This document shows, in pieces, positions 1 through 17,956 of a DNA stretch of 64,000 nucleotides. Source of the DNA: Nemertoderma westbladi (lineage: Eukaryota > Animalia > Xenacoelomorpha); NCBI GenBank assembly GCA_032718475.1, contig JAUCBJ010001555.1:1-64000 (forward strand). Reading direction: 5' to 3'. Each line of letters starts with the position of its first letter. The stretch's first letter is position 1. The translations under genes and the position numbers were made by a program. The notes under the pieces were generated by a model that saw nothing but the letters and a program-made list of their open reading frames with translations, ran no database searches and was not told the origin of the DNA.

Positions 1-2557
1 ACAGAACCAGTTAAAAGGTTATAACTTTCGAGGAGACAGTGCCAGTGACTTGAGAAAGTGTGAGACAATTGGGGTTACTATTCCCAATTTGTACACAGTG
101 TTACAACTCAGAAAACACAGGGCTTCCAGAGTTATTTAACTATATTCGAATATATTACGTCGTAGTGTGTTTTTAGGCTATAAGCGGCGTTTTTTCATGT
201 TACTACCTACAGAACCAGTTAAAAGGTTATAACTTTCGAGGAGACAGTGCCAGTGACTTGAGAAAGTGTGAGACAATTGGGGTTACTATTCCCAATTTGT
301 ACACAGTGTTACAACTCAGAAAACGCAGGGCTTCCAGAGTTATTTAACTATATTCGAATATATTACGTCGTAGTGTGTTTTTAGGCTATAAGCGGCGTTT
401 TTTCATGTTACTACCTACAGAACCAGTTAAAAGGTTATAACTTTCGAGGAGACAGTGCCAGTGACTTGAGAAAGTGTGAGACAATTGGGGTTACTATTCC
501 CAATTTGTACACAGTGTTACAACTCAGAAAACACAGGGCTTCCAGAGTTATTTAACTATATTGGAATATATTACGTCGTAGTGTGTTTTTAGGCTATAAG
601 CGGCGTTTTTTCATGTTACTACCTACAGAACCAGTTAAAAGGTTATAACTTTCGACGAGACAGTGCCAGTGACTTGAGAAAGTGTGAGACAATTGGGGTT
701 ACTATTCCCAATTTGTACACAGTGTTACAACTCAGAAAACACAGGGCTTCCAGAGTTATTTAACTATATTCGAATATAATACGTCGTAGTGTGTTTTTAG
801 GCTATAAGCGGCGTTTTTTCATGTTACTTCCTACAGAACTAGTTAAAAGGTTATAACTTTCGACGAGACAGTGCCAGTGACTTGAGAAAGTGTGAGATAA
901 TTGGGGTTACTATTCCCAATTTGTACACAGTGTTACAACTCAGAAAACACAGGGCTTCCAGAGTTATTTAACTATATTCGAATATATTACGTCGTAGTGT
1001 TTTTAGGCTATAAGCGGCGTTTTTTCATGTTACTTCCTACAGAACCAGTTAAAAGGTTATAACTTTCGAGGAGACAGTGCCAGTAACTTGAGAAAGTGTG
1101 AGACAATTGGGGTTACTATTCCCAATTTGTACACAGTGTTACAACTCAGAAAACACAGGGCTTCCAGAGTTATTTAACTATATTCGAATATAATACGTCG
1201 TAGTGTGTTTTTAGGCTATAAGCGGCGTTTTTTATGTTACTTCCTACAGAACCAGTTAAAAGGTTATAACTTTCGACGAGACAGTGCCAGTAACTTGAGA
1301 AAGTGTGAGACAATTGGGGTTACTATTCCCAATTTGTACACAGTGTTACAACTCAGAAAACGCAGGGCTTCCAGAGTTATTTAACTATATTCGAATATAT
1401 TACGTCGTAGTGTGTTTTTAGGCTATAAGCGGCGTTTTTTCATGTTACTACCTACAGAACCAGTTAAAAGGTTATAACTTTCGAGGAGACAGTGCCAGTG
1501 ACTAGAAAAAGTGTGAGACAATTGGGGTTACTATTCCCAATTTGTACACAGTGTTACAACTCAGAAAACACAGGGCTTCCAGAGTTATTTAACTATGTTC
1601 GAATATAATACGTCGTAGTGTGTTTTTAGGCTATAAGCGGCGTTTTTTCATGTTACTTCCTACAGAACCAGTTAAAAGGTTATAACTTTCGACGAGACAG
1701 TGCCAGTGACTTGAGAAAGTGTGAGACAATTGGGGTTACTATTCCCAATTTGTACACAGTGTTACAACTCAGAAAACACAGGGCTTCCAGAGTTATTTAA
1801 CTATATTCGAATATATTACGTCGTAGTGTGTTTTTAGGCTATAAGCGGCGTTTTTTCATGTTACTTCCTACAGAACCAGTTAAAAGGTTATAACTTTCGA
1901 CGAGACAGTGCCAGTGACTTGAGAAAGTGTGAGACAATTGGGGTTACTATTCCCAATTTGTACACCGTGTTACAACTCAGAAAACACAGGGCTTCCAGAG
2001 TTATTTAACTATATTGGAATATATTACGTCGTAGTGTGTTTTTAGGCTATAAGCGGCGTTTTTTCATGTTACTTCCTACAGAACCAGTTAAAAGGTTATA
2101 ACTTTCGACGAGACAGTGCCAGTGACTTGAGAAAGTGTGAGACAATTGGGGTTACTATTCCCAATTTGTACACAGTGCTACAACTCAGAAAACACAGGGC
2201 TTCCAGAGTTATTTAACTATATACGAATATAATACGTCGTAGTGTGTTTTTAGGCTATAAGCGGCGTTTTTTCATGTTACTTCCTACAGAACCAGTTAAA
2301 AGGTTATAACTTTCGACGAGACAGTGCCAGTGACTTGAGAAAGTGTGAGACAATTGGGGTTACTATTCCCAATTTGTACACAGTGTTACAACTCAGAAAA
2401 CACAGGGCTTCCAGAGTTATTTAACTATATTCGAATATATTACGTCGTTGTGTGTTTTTAGGCTATAAGCGGCGTTTTTTCATGTTACTTCCTACAGAAC
2501 CAGTTAAAAGGTTATAACTTTCGACGAGACAGTGCCAGTGACTTGAGAAAGTGTGAT
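1..2557. repeat. 208-bp tandem satellite, ~12.3 near-identical copies (continues off the left edge)
   Basis: ACAGAACCAGTTAAAAGG recurs at 1, 209, 417 and onward with few substitutions; no long ORF. Confidence 0.95.
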
Positions 2558-2980
2558 AAATTATACGCAATATAAATATGTTTTAAAACTATAAGTTAAG
2601 ATACTATTACTATTCGTTTGTACTAATTAATTGATCTATCTGAATTATTGTTAATATTTTTTTTAGGACAGACTACATTGAACGCCGCATGATGATGAAC
2701 AACGCCGCTAATACTCCACACACTGCCTAGGGATGGGTTTCTACCATGTTGAAAAATCAATGTGTATTGGTCACTCGCGATTGATAATTTATATTAATTA
2801 GAACTAATTAATTAATTATGGACACAATAATGGTGATTTAACTGTTTTTAACTGAACTGATATTAAGTTATATAACTGTGTGTTTCAAATATTTGGTTTA
2901 TATCAGTTGTTGACATTACAAATAATTATTAATTCTTATCCAAGTTACATAACTGTATTTTTTCGAATTCATCTCAAAGA

Positions 2981-6757
<3,777 letters not shown>

Positions 6758-7781
6758 TAGGGGCATTATTAGGCGGGCCTGACCCATTTGAATGCAGCCC
6801 TAATAATAATTAATTAACGGCCCTGTGCTTATAATAATAATTCAATCAGCTGGCCTACCATTTAACATCAGTGAGTAACATTATAGATATTTCTATAGAA
6901 TTCACTGGGAAGAGATATTCAGCTGGCTGGGTAATAACATTATAAACAGTTGATGTTTGATTACTGTCTGTGATAGTGTGAGTGAGTAAACACAACCTTA
7001 CTAAAACTTGGCAAGTAAAATACTTCTCTGTAGTTTGGGCCTATCTGCCCGCACCAGCTGATATTTCTATCATTGAGTCTATGGCAATTTTCGTGTTATG
7101 GGGCTATTGATGGTCTTACCAAGTCAATCAACTCAACTAACATGTGTATTCTAAATTTTACTGTACTTTGCAGCGTTACGAGTAATTCATCAGAACGCAA
7201 GTTGACATAATGTACGTAATGTATAAACATCGTACGTTGTATTAAATTAATATACTGTGGAACCCGCCACGATTAGTGAGCGAAGCTACTAGTGCACAAT
7301 TTCAATTAGTATTAGGACCTAAAATCATGTCCGTCTGTTTGTCTGTCGGTCTTTCTGTGATAGAAAATTCAATCGTTTTGAAGCCTTTACTCAATTTTAA
7401 CCTAATTTGGATGAATCTACTAGAGGAAAAGTTCCGATATTTTGAGAATTTTCGTGGGGAATTCGTGCTGGAATATAATTCATTAAGAAATTTACTCAAT
7501 TAGAATAAGTCAAATAAGAAATAAACTCAGGTCAGATAAGTTAAATATCATTCGTTAAGATATTAAATTAAGTCAAATAAGTTAAATCTCATTAATTAAT
7601 TACAAAAAAACTAAAAACTAAATCAAATCAAATGAGTTTAATAAGTTAAACATACAGGCCTAAATCAATACGAAACGGAAGGTTATAATAAATTACAAAT
7701 CAAAACAAATAATAGTAATTCATTAAGAAAAAGAAACGGCATAAAATATATGTTATTCTAAAATAATGAAAATGTTAGCTA

Positions 7782-8081
7782 TTACAGGGACTCGAGTGTA
7801 TGAAGCGATGTTGGCAGTATGCGGGAGTATGGAGTTGGGAGGTAAGTGTTGACGGACCTATGGACTGGACAATCTACTGCGACATGCAGTTCTGTTTGTG
7901 GAATGCCACATTTGCAGACAAATCTGCGATCCCTAGGAATTCTCGAACAACGTTCTTTTTCGACAGCGAGATTAGTAGTGGATAAACGGAAAAGTGTCCA
8001 TGCAATCCGTTTACATTCTTCGATATCATGTGTTTTTCGGTAGATGGTGTGAGGTTTCAACTTATGGTTCAAAACCATCAT
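7782..8081 (-). mobile_element. Degenerate 3' end of a non-LTR retrotransposon (LINE) ORF2, C-terminal CCHC finger
   Basis: LFRLSTTNLAVEKERCSRIPRDRRFVCKCG...ELHVAVDCP matches the FRLSxHxLxIExGR...RxCxxC...ExHxxxxCP tail of CR1/L2-type LINE ORF2. Confidence 0.7.
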
Positions 8082-11000
8082 ATATATAAATTGTTTGTGT
8101 CATCTTGTTTCTTCCGTTATACGGGTTTGTGGGGGTTCTGAATTCAATGGAATAAGAAAAATTGCATATAAGAGTTTTCAAACTTGTATTTTTTGCCGGT
8201 GGGTGAAAATTGTTGTGACAGCACCAAATTTTTGGAAATAAGCAAATTGATAAATAGATAGTATCATCTTGTTTCTTTCGCTATACGGGTTTATGAGGGT
8301 CGTGAATCCGATGGAATCAATAAAAACCGCACTGGATATCTCAAACTTGTAATTTTTTGGTGATGGGTACGAAATGTGGTGCTAGAACCAAAATTTACCA
8401 TATTACACCGAAAAATACGAGGGTTTACTGGATATAGTTTATGGTTCCGATGGGTTGGTGGATAGAGTTTATGGCATTATTAAACATACACGTTTTCAAG
8501 GATTAAATATTATATCTTTATTACATTAGTTCGGGTACTTAGATAATTGATTGTTTAAATAATTGTACTACTATTACTGGTACCCCATGTGGAACAATGG
8601 TGCCCCGACTGCTCGTAAAAATTCCAAACTTGTGTACTATATAGTATACAATTACGATATTTTCGCCACATCACATTTGTTCTAGAACTGAGAACTTAGG
8701 ACAACACGAATATATAAAATAAAATCCGTCAACAGTGACACGTGACACGCCAACACTGGTATATACGGGCTACACAGCCTAAACCAATATTGGATATTGA
8801 GTTCCGTTTTGTAGTTAGTCTTTCAGACACTAAAGTTCCAATATCTTTTGAGTGTTTGAACTTACTTAACTTACTTACTTACTTAACTAAATATAGAATA
8901 ATAACTGGAACACAATTCAATTAAATCACATCAATTAAACAGAATTTATACAAATAAATATTATAAAGTAATGAATAGGGTTAGCTCACAATAATGATGC
9001 TACAATAATTATTAGCTGAACATCTGACTTGGTTTCCTGTCACCGTTCCATATCTGTGTTACATATGAATGTAAGTATAGGAACGAACCCCCTGTGTATC
9101 CAATACAGAACCCCGATGTTTACCTAGTCTGTAACCAATCCACTGATCGCTGTAATTAATTAATGCTAAATATATCCTTTATAAGGATATAAATAGCTGA
9201 ACTGGTGATTTTGGGTGCAGAATGGAGTGCGATTGTCCAAACAGAGTTGATAGTTTAGTAACACGGACGGACGTACAATGACATAGGGTTGTCGGGTAAC
9301 TTTAGGGAAACCACAACCAGCCACAGTGGGACCGAGATAATTAGAATAGATTAGATAAACATATAACATTATAGTAGTTCTAAATGGGAACCAACTCCGT
9401 TACACTCATTGTAAACCAATGTTTTATTGGTTAAATAATATAACCAATGGGAACCTCTGAGTTATAATTAAAACGTTTTTGTAGTGGATGGACCAGGTTT
9501 GTATCTACCAAAGAGACGTAGCAGATACACAGGTATTACTCGAATACTCAATACAGATAATATGGGAATAAAATCGAACAAAAACTAATTAAAATGAAAA
9601 TCAATTGAGGGAAATTTATATCATTTATGTATTTATATCTGATATAAATTAATTATTTTAGATCTAATTTTAGCGAAAATTGCGAGCTCTCCCTATGCAA
9701 AATAATTAAATCTTTGTTATTATTTATAATATAAATAAAGTTATAAAATTCCCATAATATAAATTATTACATAAACCTATTTATAATACTGGCCCTCAAC
9801 ATCAATACTATTAAATATTTTCGGTAACTGAATATAATATTCTGTAAGATACGGGATTGAACTGGTGTTATTCAATCAATTGATCTGATCTTCTTTTGAA
9901 TACTTAGTATAGTTTGAGTTTAGAACATCGGAACTACTGTCTGTCTGTAGGGTTGGATTACTTTATTGGGATGTTATTTGTTAATTTGTTGATTTGTTAT
10001 AATTAAGTTTCTCTTCTCTGATATTCCAATATTATATATATAATAATCTGCTTCTGTTTTCTTATATTCCAAATGGCATCTTGTTTGGTTTGCGATTATT
10101 CTGTAAATATAGGAATTAAATAGGTCCATAAAATTTGCATATTATTGAAACTTTTTTTTATGTTACATTTCTTTATATAATATGTAATTTATTTCGAATA
10201 TGCACCAAACAATACCCCCCACCAACAGACAACATGTATTAATTGACCAAGTAGAAAAGGGCGGGAAATTTAAAACTATCAGTATGATAGGCCCTAGTGA
10301 TATAAGGCGGGAAATTTAAAACGATTTCAACATTGAAACTATTTCAATACAACTAAATAGTACAGTAATAATTTTAAGGAGCATTTCTAACATTCTAAAA
10401 GGAGAAATTTCTTCCTGACTGAAAACCAAAATTAGTTCTAGAGGCCTTTGGGACTCAATGTAACTCACCTTAATATATCGAAGATTCAACTCCTTAAATA
10501 AATCGGATTTTTCGTCTAGTTGGAATATAAGATATGTTGCCGAAATCTCAATGTTAAATAATAATCTGTCAGAGTTGAACTGAAGTTGTTGATTTAGAAG
10601 TCAAGAGGTGATACTTGTCTGGAAAACAGCAAAACGGAAATGATTTCGTATAAAAATTTATTAGCTTATCTAATAATATATTTTTAACGAATTCGTTTAT
10701 TTAATTTTTCACTCACCAAAATGCAAAATAATCGTAATTTTTATCTTAAGTATTTCTCTAAGTTCTAAACAGAGACGTTATTAGTGAATAATGGTTCTGG
10801 GGTTGGTTTTTCAACTCAATGTAACTCACTGACGACATATTGAAGCTTGTCTAACTGGATCTTTCGGAGATTTTGAGCTAATTTCATTGATTTGTAGATT
10901 TGGAAACCTTCTAGATAATTGTCTGAAATATAACCAAAATGAAATATTATAATTTCATAACTTTAATTAGCTCATCTAACAGCTTAGCTTAACAAACTCT

Positions 11001-11306
11001 GTGCAACAAATTAATAAACACTTAGTCTGTTGTTGTTATTTAATAGCAAAAACCAATACCGGTACCATTATAGAGGTAGGACAAGTAACTAAGTCATTGT
11101 ATATGTTATGCCCGACTGCTATACTTACTTTAGTATTTATTTAGTTAGTGGCGACCAACTGGGTTCCTTCATTGAATTCACAAATTGTGTTTCTTTTTGC
11201 GGCAGACTTAATCTGTAAATAAATTAGGAATAATAAATGTCTAAATGGCAGTTTAACGGAAAATTAAATCATTAGCTAAACATCAGCTGGAGAAAACAAA
11301 CTGACA

Positions 11307-12286
11307 AACGCCGAGCTCTATGGTACTATACCATCTGTATCAACCACCCTCCGAGCTCTATGGTACTATACCATCTGTTTCAACCACCCTCCGTGAACGC
11401 CGAGCTCTATGGTACTATACCATCTGTATCAACCACCCTCCGTGAACGCCGAGCTCTATGGTACTATACCACCTGTATCAACCACCCTCCGTAAACGCCG
11501 AGCTCTATGGTACTATACCACCTGTATCAACCACCCTCCGTGAACGCCGAGCTCTATGGTACTATACCACCTGTATCAACCACCCTCCGTGAACGCCGAG
11601 CTCTATGGTACTATACCACCTGTATCAACCACCCTCCGTGAACGCCGAGCTCTATGGTACTATACCACCTGTATCAACCACCCTCCGTAAACGCCGAGCT
11701 CTATGGTACTATACCACCTGTATCAACCACCCTCCGTAAACGCCGAGCTCTATGGTACTATACCACCTGTATCAACCACCCTCCGTAAACGCCGAGCTCT
11801 ATGGTACTATACCACCTGTATTAACCACCCTCCGTGAACGCAGATCTCTATGGTACTATACCACCTGTATCACCACCCTCCGTGAACGCCGAGCTCTATG
11901 GTACTATACCACCTGTATCAACCACCCTCCGTGAACGCCGAGCTCTATGGTACTATACCACCTGTATTAACCACCCTCCGTGAACGGCGAGCTCTATGGT
12001 ACTATACCACCTGTATCAACCACCCTCCGTGAACGCCGAGCTCTATGGTACTATACCACCTGTATCAACCACCCTCCGTGAACGCCGAGCTCTATGGTAC
12101 TATACCACCTGTATCAACCACCCTCCGTGAACGCAGATCTCTATGGTACTATACCACCTGTATCAACCACCTTCCGTGAACGTCGAGCTCTATGGTACTA
12201 TACCTCCTGTATCAACCACCCTCCGTGAACGCCGAGCTCTATGGTACTATACCATCTGTATCAACCACCCTCCGTGAACGCCGAGT
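11307..12286. repeat. 49-bp minisatellite, ~20 copies, likely derived from a LINE RT 3' region
   Basis: Unit GAACGCCGAGCTCTATGGTACTATACCACCTGTATCAACCACCCTCCGT (copies at 11401 and 11450); one frame reads NAELYGTIPPVSTTLRERR. Confidence 0.9.
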
Positions 12287-12449
12287 CAACACACCAGTCG
12301 GGATTCCCTCGCCAACTCGGGGGTCCCGTCGCAAGATATATAAATCGTATTAGCAATACTTAATTAAGAAGCAATTAATAGTCAATCAAATAATATAGAC
12401 TATTCGTTGGAATTTGTAAAATATCACATTTTGTTAATTTACCACTCAC

Positions 12450-15400
12450 CAAAAATAGAGAGTCCCACACCCGTGTTCTGAGTTTGGTCGGTTCACATAT
12501 CGTGGATTCGAGTTTGGTTGGTTCACATATCGTGGTTCAGAGTTTGGTCGGTTCACATATCGTGGATTCGAGTTTGGTTGGTTCACATATCGTGGTTCAG
12601 AGTTTGGTCGGTTCACATATCGTGGATTCGAGTTTGGTTGGTTCACATATCGTGGTTCAGAGTTTGGTCGGTTCACATATCGTGGATTCGAGTTTGGTTG
12701 GTTCACATATCGTGGTTCAGAGTTTGGTTGGTTCACATATCGTGGGTCAGAGTTTGGTTGGTTCTCATATCGTGGTTGAGAGTTTGGATGGTTCACATAT
12801 TGTGGTTCAGAGTTTGGTTGGTTCACATATCGTGGATCAGAGTTTGGTTGGTTCACATATCGTGGGTCAGAGTTTGGTTGTTTCTCATATCGTGGATTCG
12901 AGTTTGGTTGGTTCACATATCGTGGTTCAGAGTTTGGTTGGTTCACATATCGTGGATTCGAGATTGGTTGGTTCACATATCGTGGTTCAGAGTTTGGTTG
13001 GTTCACATATCGTGGTTCAGAGTTTGGTTGGTTCACATATCGTGGTTCAGAGTTTGGTTGGTTCACATATCGTGGATCAGAGTTTGGTTGGTTCACATAT
13101 CGTGGTTCAGAGTTTGATTGGTTCACATATCGTGGTTCATAGTTTGGTTGGTTCACATATTGTGGTTCAGAGTTTGGTTGGTTCACATATCGTGGTTCAG
13201 AGTTTTGTTGGTTCACATATCGTGGTTCAGAGTTTGATTGGTTCACATATCGTGGATCAGAGTTTGGTTGGTTCACATATCGTTGTTCAGAGTTTGGTTG
13301 TTTCACATATCGTGGTTCAGAGTTTGGTTGGTTCACATATCGTGGGTCAGAGATTGGTTGGTTCACATATCGTGGTTCAGAGTTTGGTTGGTTCACATAT
13401 CGTGGTTCAGAGTTTGGTTGGTTCACATATCGTGGTTCAGAGATTGGTTGGTTCACATATCGTGGGTCAGAGATTGGTTGGTTCACATATCGTGGTTCAG
13501 AGTTTGGTTGGTTCACATATCGTGGATCAGAGTTTGGTTGATTCACATATCGTGGTTCAGAGATTGGTTGGTTCACATATTGTGGGTCAGAGATTGGTTG
13601 GTTCACATATCGTGGTTCAGAGTATGGTTGGTTCACATATCGTGGTTCAGAGTTTGGTTGGTTCACATATCGTGGGTCAGAGTTTGGTTGGTTCACATAT
13701 CGTGGTTGAGAGTTTGGATGGTTCACATATTGTGGTTCAGAGTTTGGTTGGTTCACATATCGTGGATCAGAGTTTGGTTGGTTCACATATCGTGGGTCAG
13801 AGTTTGGTTGTTTCTCATATCGTGGATTCGAGTTTGGTTGGTTCACATATCGTGGTTCAGAGTTTGGTTGGTTCACATATCGTGGATTCGAGTTTGGTTG
13901 GTTCACATATCGTGGTTCAGAGTTTGGTTGGTTCACATATCGTGGTTCAGAGTTTGGTTGGTTCACATATCGTGGTTCAGAGTTTGGTTGGTTCACATAT
14001 CGTGGATCAGAGATTGGTTGGTTCACATATCGTGGTTCAGAGTTTGGTTGGTTCACATATCGTGGTTCAGAGTTTGGTTGGTTCACATATCGTGGTTCAG
14101 AGTTTGGTTGGTTCACATATCGTGGTTCAGAGTTTGGTTGGTTCACATATCGTGGTTCAGAGTTTGATCGGTTCACATATCGTGGATCAGAGTTTGGTTG
14201 GTTCACATATCGTGGTTCAGAGTTTGGTTGGTTCAGATATCGTGGTTCAGAGTTTGGTTGGTTCACATATCGTGGGTCAGAGATTGGTTGGTTCACATAT
14301 CGTGGTTCAGAGTTTGGTTGGTTCACATATCGTGGTTCAGAGTTTGGTTGGTTTACATATCGTGGTTCAGAGATTGGTTGGTTCACATATCGTGGGTCAG
14401 AGATTGGTTGGTTCACATATCGTGGTTCAGAGTTTGGTTGGTTCACATATCGTGGATCAGAGTTTGGTTGATTCACATATCGTGGTTCAGAGATTGGTTG
14501 GTTCACATATCGTGGGTCAGAGATTGGTTGGTTCACATATCGTGGTTCAGAGTTTGGTTGGTTCACATATCGTGGTTCAGAGTTTGGTTGGTTCACATTT
14601 CGTGGTTCAGAGATTGGTTGGTTCACATATCGTGGGTCAGAGATTGGTTCGTTCACATATCGTGGTTCAGAGTTGGGTTGGTTCACATATCGTGGTTCAG
14701 AGTTTGGTTGGTTCTCATATCGTGGTTCAGAGTTTGGTTGGTTCACATATCGCGGATCAGAGTTTGGTTGGTTCACATATCGTGGGTCAGAGATTGGTTG
14801 GTTCACATATCGTGGGTCAGAGATTGGTTGGTTCACATATCGTGGTTCAGAGTTTGGTTGGTTCACATATCGTGGATCAGAGTTTGGTTGGTACACATAT
14901 CGTGGGTCAGAGTTTGGTTGTTTCTCATATCGTGGATTCGAGTTAGGTTGGTTCACATATCGTGGTTCAGAGTTTGCTTGGTTCACATATCGTGGTTCAG
15001 AGTTTGGTTGGTTCACATATCGTGGATCAGAGTTTGGTTGGTTCAAATATCGTGGTTCAGAGTTTGGTTGGTACACATATCGTGGATTTGAGTTTAGTTG
15101 GTTCACATATCGTGGTTCAGAGTTTGGTTGGTTCTCATATCGTGGATTCGAGTTTGGTTGGTTCACATATCGTGGATTCGAGTTTGGTTGGTTCACATAT
15201 CGTGGTTCAGAGTTTGGTTGGTTCTCATATCGTGGATTCGAGTTTGGTTGGTTCACATATCGTTGTTCAGAGTTTGGTTGGTTTACATATTGTGGATCAG
15301 AGTTTGGTCGGTTCACATATCGTGGTTCTGAGTTTGGTTGGTTCTCATATCGTGGTTCAGAGTTTGCTTCGTTCACATATCGTGGTTCAGAATTTGGTTG

Positions 15401-17673
15401 GTTCACATATCTTGGTTCAGAGTTTGGTTGGTTCACATATTGTGGATCAAAGTTTGGTTGGTTCTCATATCGTGGTTCAGAATTTGGTTGGTTCACATAT
15501 CGTGGTTCAGAGTTTGGTTGGTTCACATATCGTGGTTCAGAGTTTGGTTGGTTCTCATATCGTGGGTCAGAGTTTGGTTGGTTCACATATTGTGGATCAG
15601 AGTTTGGTTGGTTCACATATCGTGGTTCAGAGTTTGGTTGGTTCACATATCGTGGTTCAGAGTTTGCTTGGTTCACATATCGTGGTTCAGAGTTTGGTTG
15701 GTTCACATATCGTGGATCAGAGTTTGGTTGGTTCACATATCGTGGTTCAGAGTTTGGTTGGTTCTCATATCGTGGTTCAGAGTTTGGTTGGTTCACATAT
15801 CGTGGTTCAGAGTTTGGTTGGTTCTCATATCGTGGTTCAGAGTTTGGTTGGTTCTCATATCGTGGATTCGAGTTTGGTTGGTTCACATATCGTGGTTCAG
15901 AGTTTGGTTGGTTCACATATCGTGGATTCGAGTTTGGTTGGTTCACATATCGTGGTTCAGAGTTTGGTTGGTTCACATATCGTGGATTCGAGTTTGGTTG
16001 GTTCTCATATCGTGGATTCAGAGTTTGGATGGTTCACATATCGTGGATTCGATTTTGGTTGGTTCACATATCGTGGATCAGAGTTTGGTTGGTTCTCATA
16101 TCGTGGTTCAGAGTTTGGTTGGTTCACATATCGTGGTTCAGAGTTTGGTTGGTTCTCATATCGTGGTTCAGAGTTTGGTTGGTTTACATATCGTGGTTCA
16201 GAGTTTGTTTGGTTCACATATCGTGGTTCAGAGTTTGGTTGGTTCTCATATCGTGGTTCAGAGTTTGGTTGGTTCACATATCGTGGATTCGAGTTTGGTT
16301 GGTTCTCATATCGTGGTTCAGAGTTTGGTTGGTTCTCATATCGTGGTTCAGAGTTTGGTTGGTTCACATATCGTGGTTCAGAGTTTGGTTGGTTCACATA
16401 TCGTGGATTCGAGTTTGGTTGGTTCTCATATCGTGGATTCGAGTTTGGTTGGTTCACATATTGTTGTTCAGAGTTTGGTTGGTTCACATATCGTGGTTCA
16501 GAGTTTGGTTGGTTCTCATATCGTGGTTCAGAGTTTGGTTGGTTCACATATCGTGGTTCAGAGTTTGGTTGGTTCTCATATCGTGGTTCAGAGTTTGGTT
16601 GGTTCACATATCGTGGTTCAGAGTTTGGTTGGTTCACATATCGTGGTTCAGAGTTTGGTTGGTTCTCATATCGTGGTTCAGAGTTTGGTTGGTTCACATA
16701 TCGTGGTTCAGAGTTTGGTTGGTTCACATATCGTGGATTCGAGTTTGGTTGGTTCTCATATCGTGGATTCGAGTTTGGTTGGTTCACATATTGTTGTTCA
16801 GAGTTTGGTTGGTTCACATATCGTGGTTCAGAGTTTGGTTGGTTCTCATATCGTGGTTCAGAGTTTGGTTGGTTCACATATCGTGGTTCAGAGTTTGGTT
16901 GGTTCTCATATCGTGGTTCAGAGTTTGGTTGGTTCACATATCGTGGTTCAGAGTTTGGTTGGTTCTCATATCGTGGTTCAGAGTTTGGTTGGTTCACATA
17001 TCGTGGTTCAGAGTTTGGTTGGTTCTCATATCGTGGTTCAGAGTTTGGTTGGTTCACATATCGTGGTTTAGAGTTTGGTTGGTTCACATATCGTGGGTCA
17101 GAGTTTGGTTGGTTCACATATTGTTGTTCAGAGTTTGGTTGGTTCACATATCGTGGTTCAGAGTTTGGTTGGTTCTCATATCGTGGTTCAGAGTTTGGTT
17201 GGTTCACATATCGTGGTTCAGAGTTTGGTTGGTTCTCATATCGTGGATTCGAGTTTGGTTGGTTCACATATTGTTGTTCAGAGTTTGGTTGGTTCACATA
17301 TCGTGGTTCAGAGTTTGGTTGGTTCTCATATCGTGGTTCAGAGTTTGGTTGGTTCTCATATCGTGGTTCAGAGTTTGGTTGGTTCTCATATCGTGGTTCA
17401 GAGTTTGGTTGGTTCTCATATCGTGGTTCAGAGTTTGGTTGGTTCTCATATCGTGGTTCAGAGTTTGGTTGGTTCACATATCGTGGTTCAGAGTTTGGTT
17501 GGTTCTCATATCGTGGTTCAGAATTTGGTTGGTTCTCATATCGTGGGTCAGAGTTTTGTTGGTTCTCATATCGTAGTTCAGAGTTTGGTTGGTTCTCATA
17601 TCGAGGTTCAGAGTTTGGTTGGTTCTCATATGGTGGTTCAGATTTTGGCTGATTCCCACATCGTTCACATATC
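12450..17673 (-). CDS. Candidate giant exon encoding ~170 x (NQPNSEPRY[V/E]) decapeptides, a Tyr-x-Asn repeat protein
   Basis: Acceptor ...TAATTATATAG| at 17674 and consensus donor TG|GTGAGT at 12449. The NQP frame has no stop over 5.2 kb apart from a 1-nt insertion near 16020. Short unique in-frame flanks (GNQPKSEPPYEN; EHGCGTLYF). Confidence 0.5.
12478..17650. repeat. 30-bp tandem array, ~172 copies
   Basis: Unit AGTTTGGTTGGTTCACATATCGTGGTTCAG; register shifts by 1 nt at ~16020. Confidence 0.97.
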
Positions 17674-17956
17674 CTATATAATTATCAGCTTATGAGGTTT
17701 TGCTGGAATATAATCGACTATATTTAGTAGATTTCGGTAGTTGAATTCGGAAATGATTCTCGGTGTTTTACCTATTAGACCAATAATTTAATAATTTTAA
17801 TTTAAAAATAAAGTTACAATGAAGTTTGTACAAATTAAAATAAAGTTACAATGACAATGACGATGAGATGGACTGATCTGATTAGAAAATAATTTGTAAT
17901 ATAAAATCAATTTAATAACCTTATAATATATTATATTTACAGTCCACTACTATTTC

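Noticed and set aside
6893-7083. Possible small MITE with CATAGA-like termini
   Set aside because: Inverted repeats too degenerate and no TSD identified.
11307-17650. CRISPR-like appearance of the 49-bp and 30-bp arrays
   Set aside because: Head-to-tail repeats without unique spacers, no cas genes, eukaryotic context.
12484-17695. Plus-strand ORFs over the 30-bp array (VGSHIVVQSL, WLVHISWFRV, GWFTYRGSEF)
   Set aside because: Shadow frames of the repeat; they contain scattered stops and lack flanking splice signals, unlike the minus-strand NQP frame.
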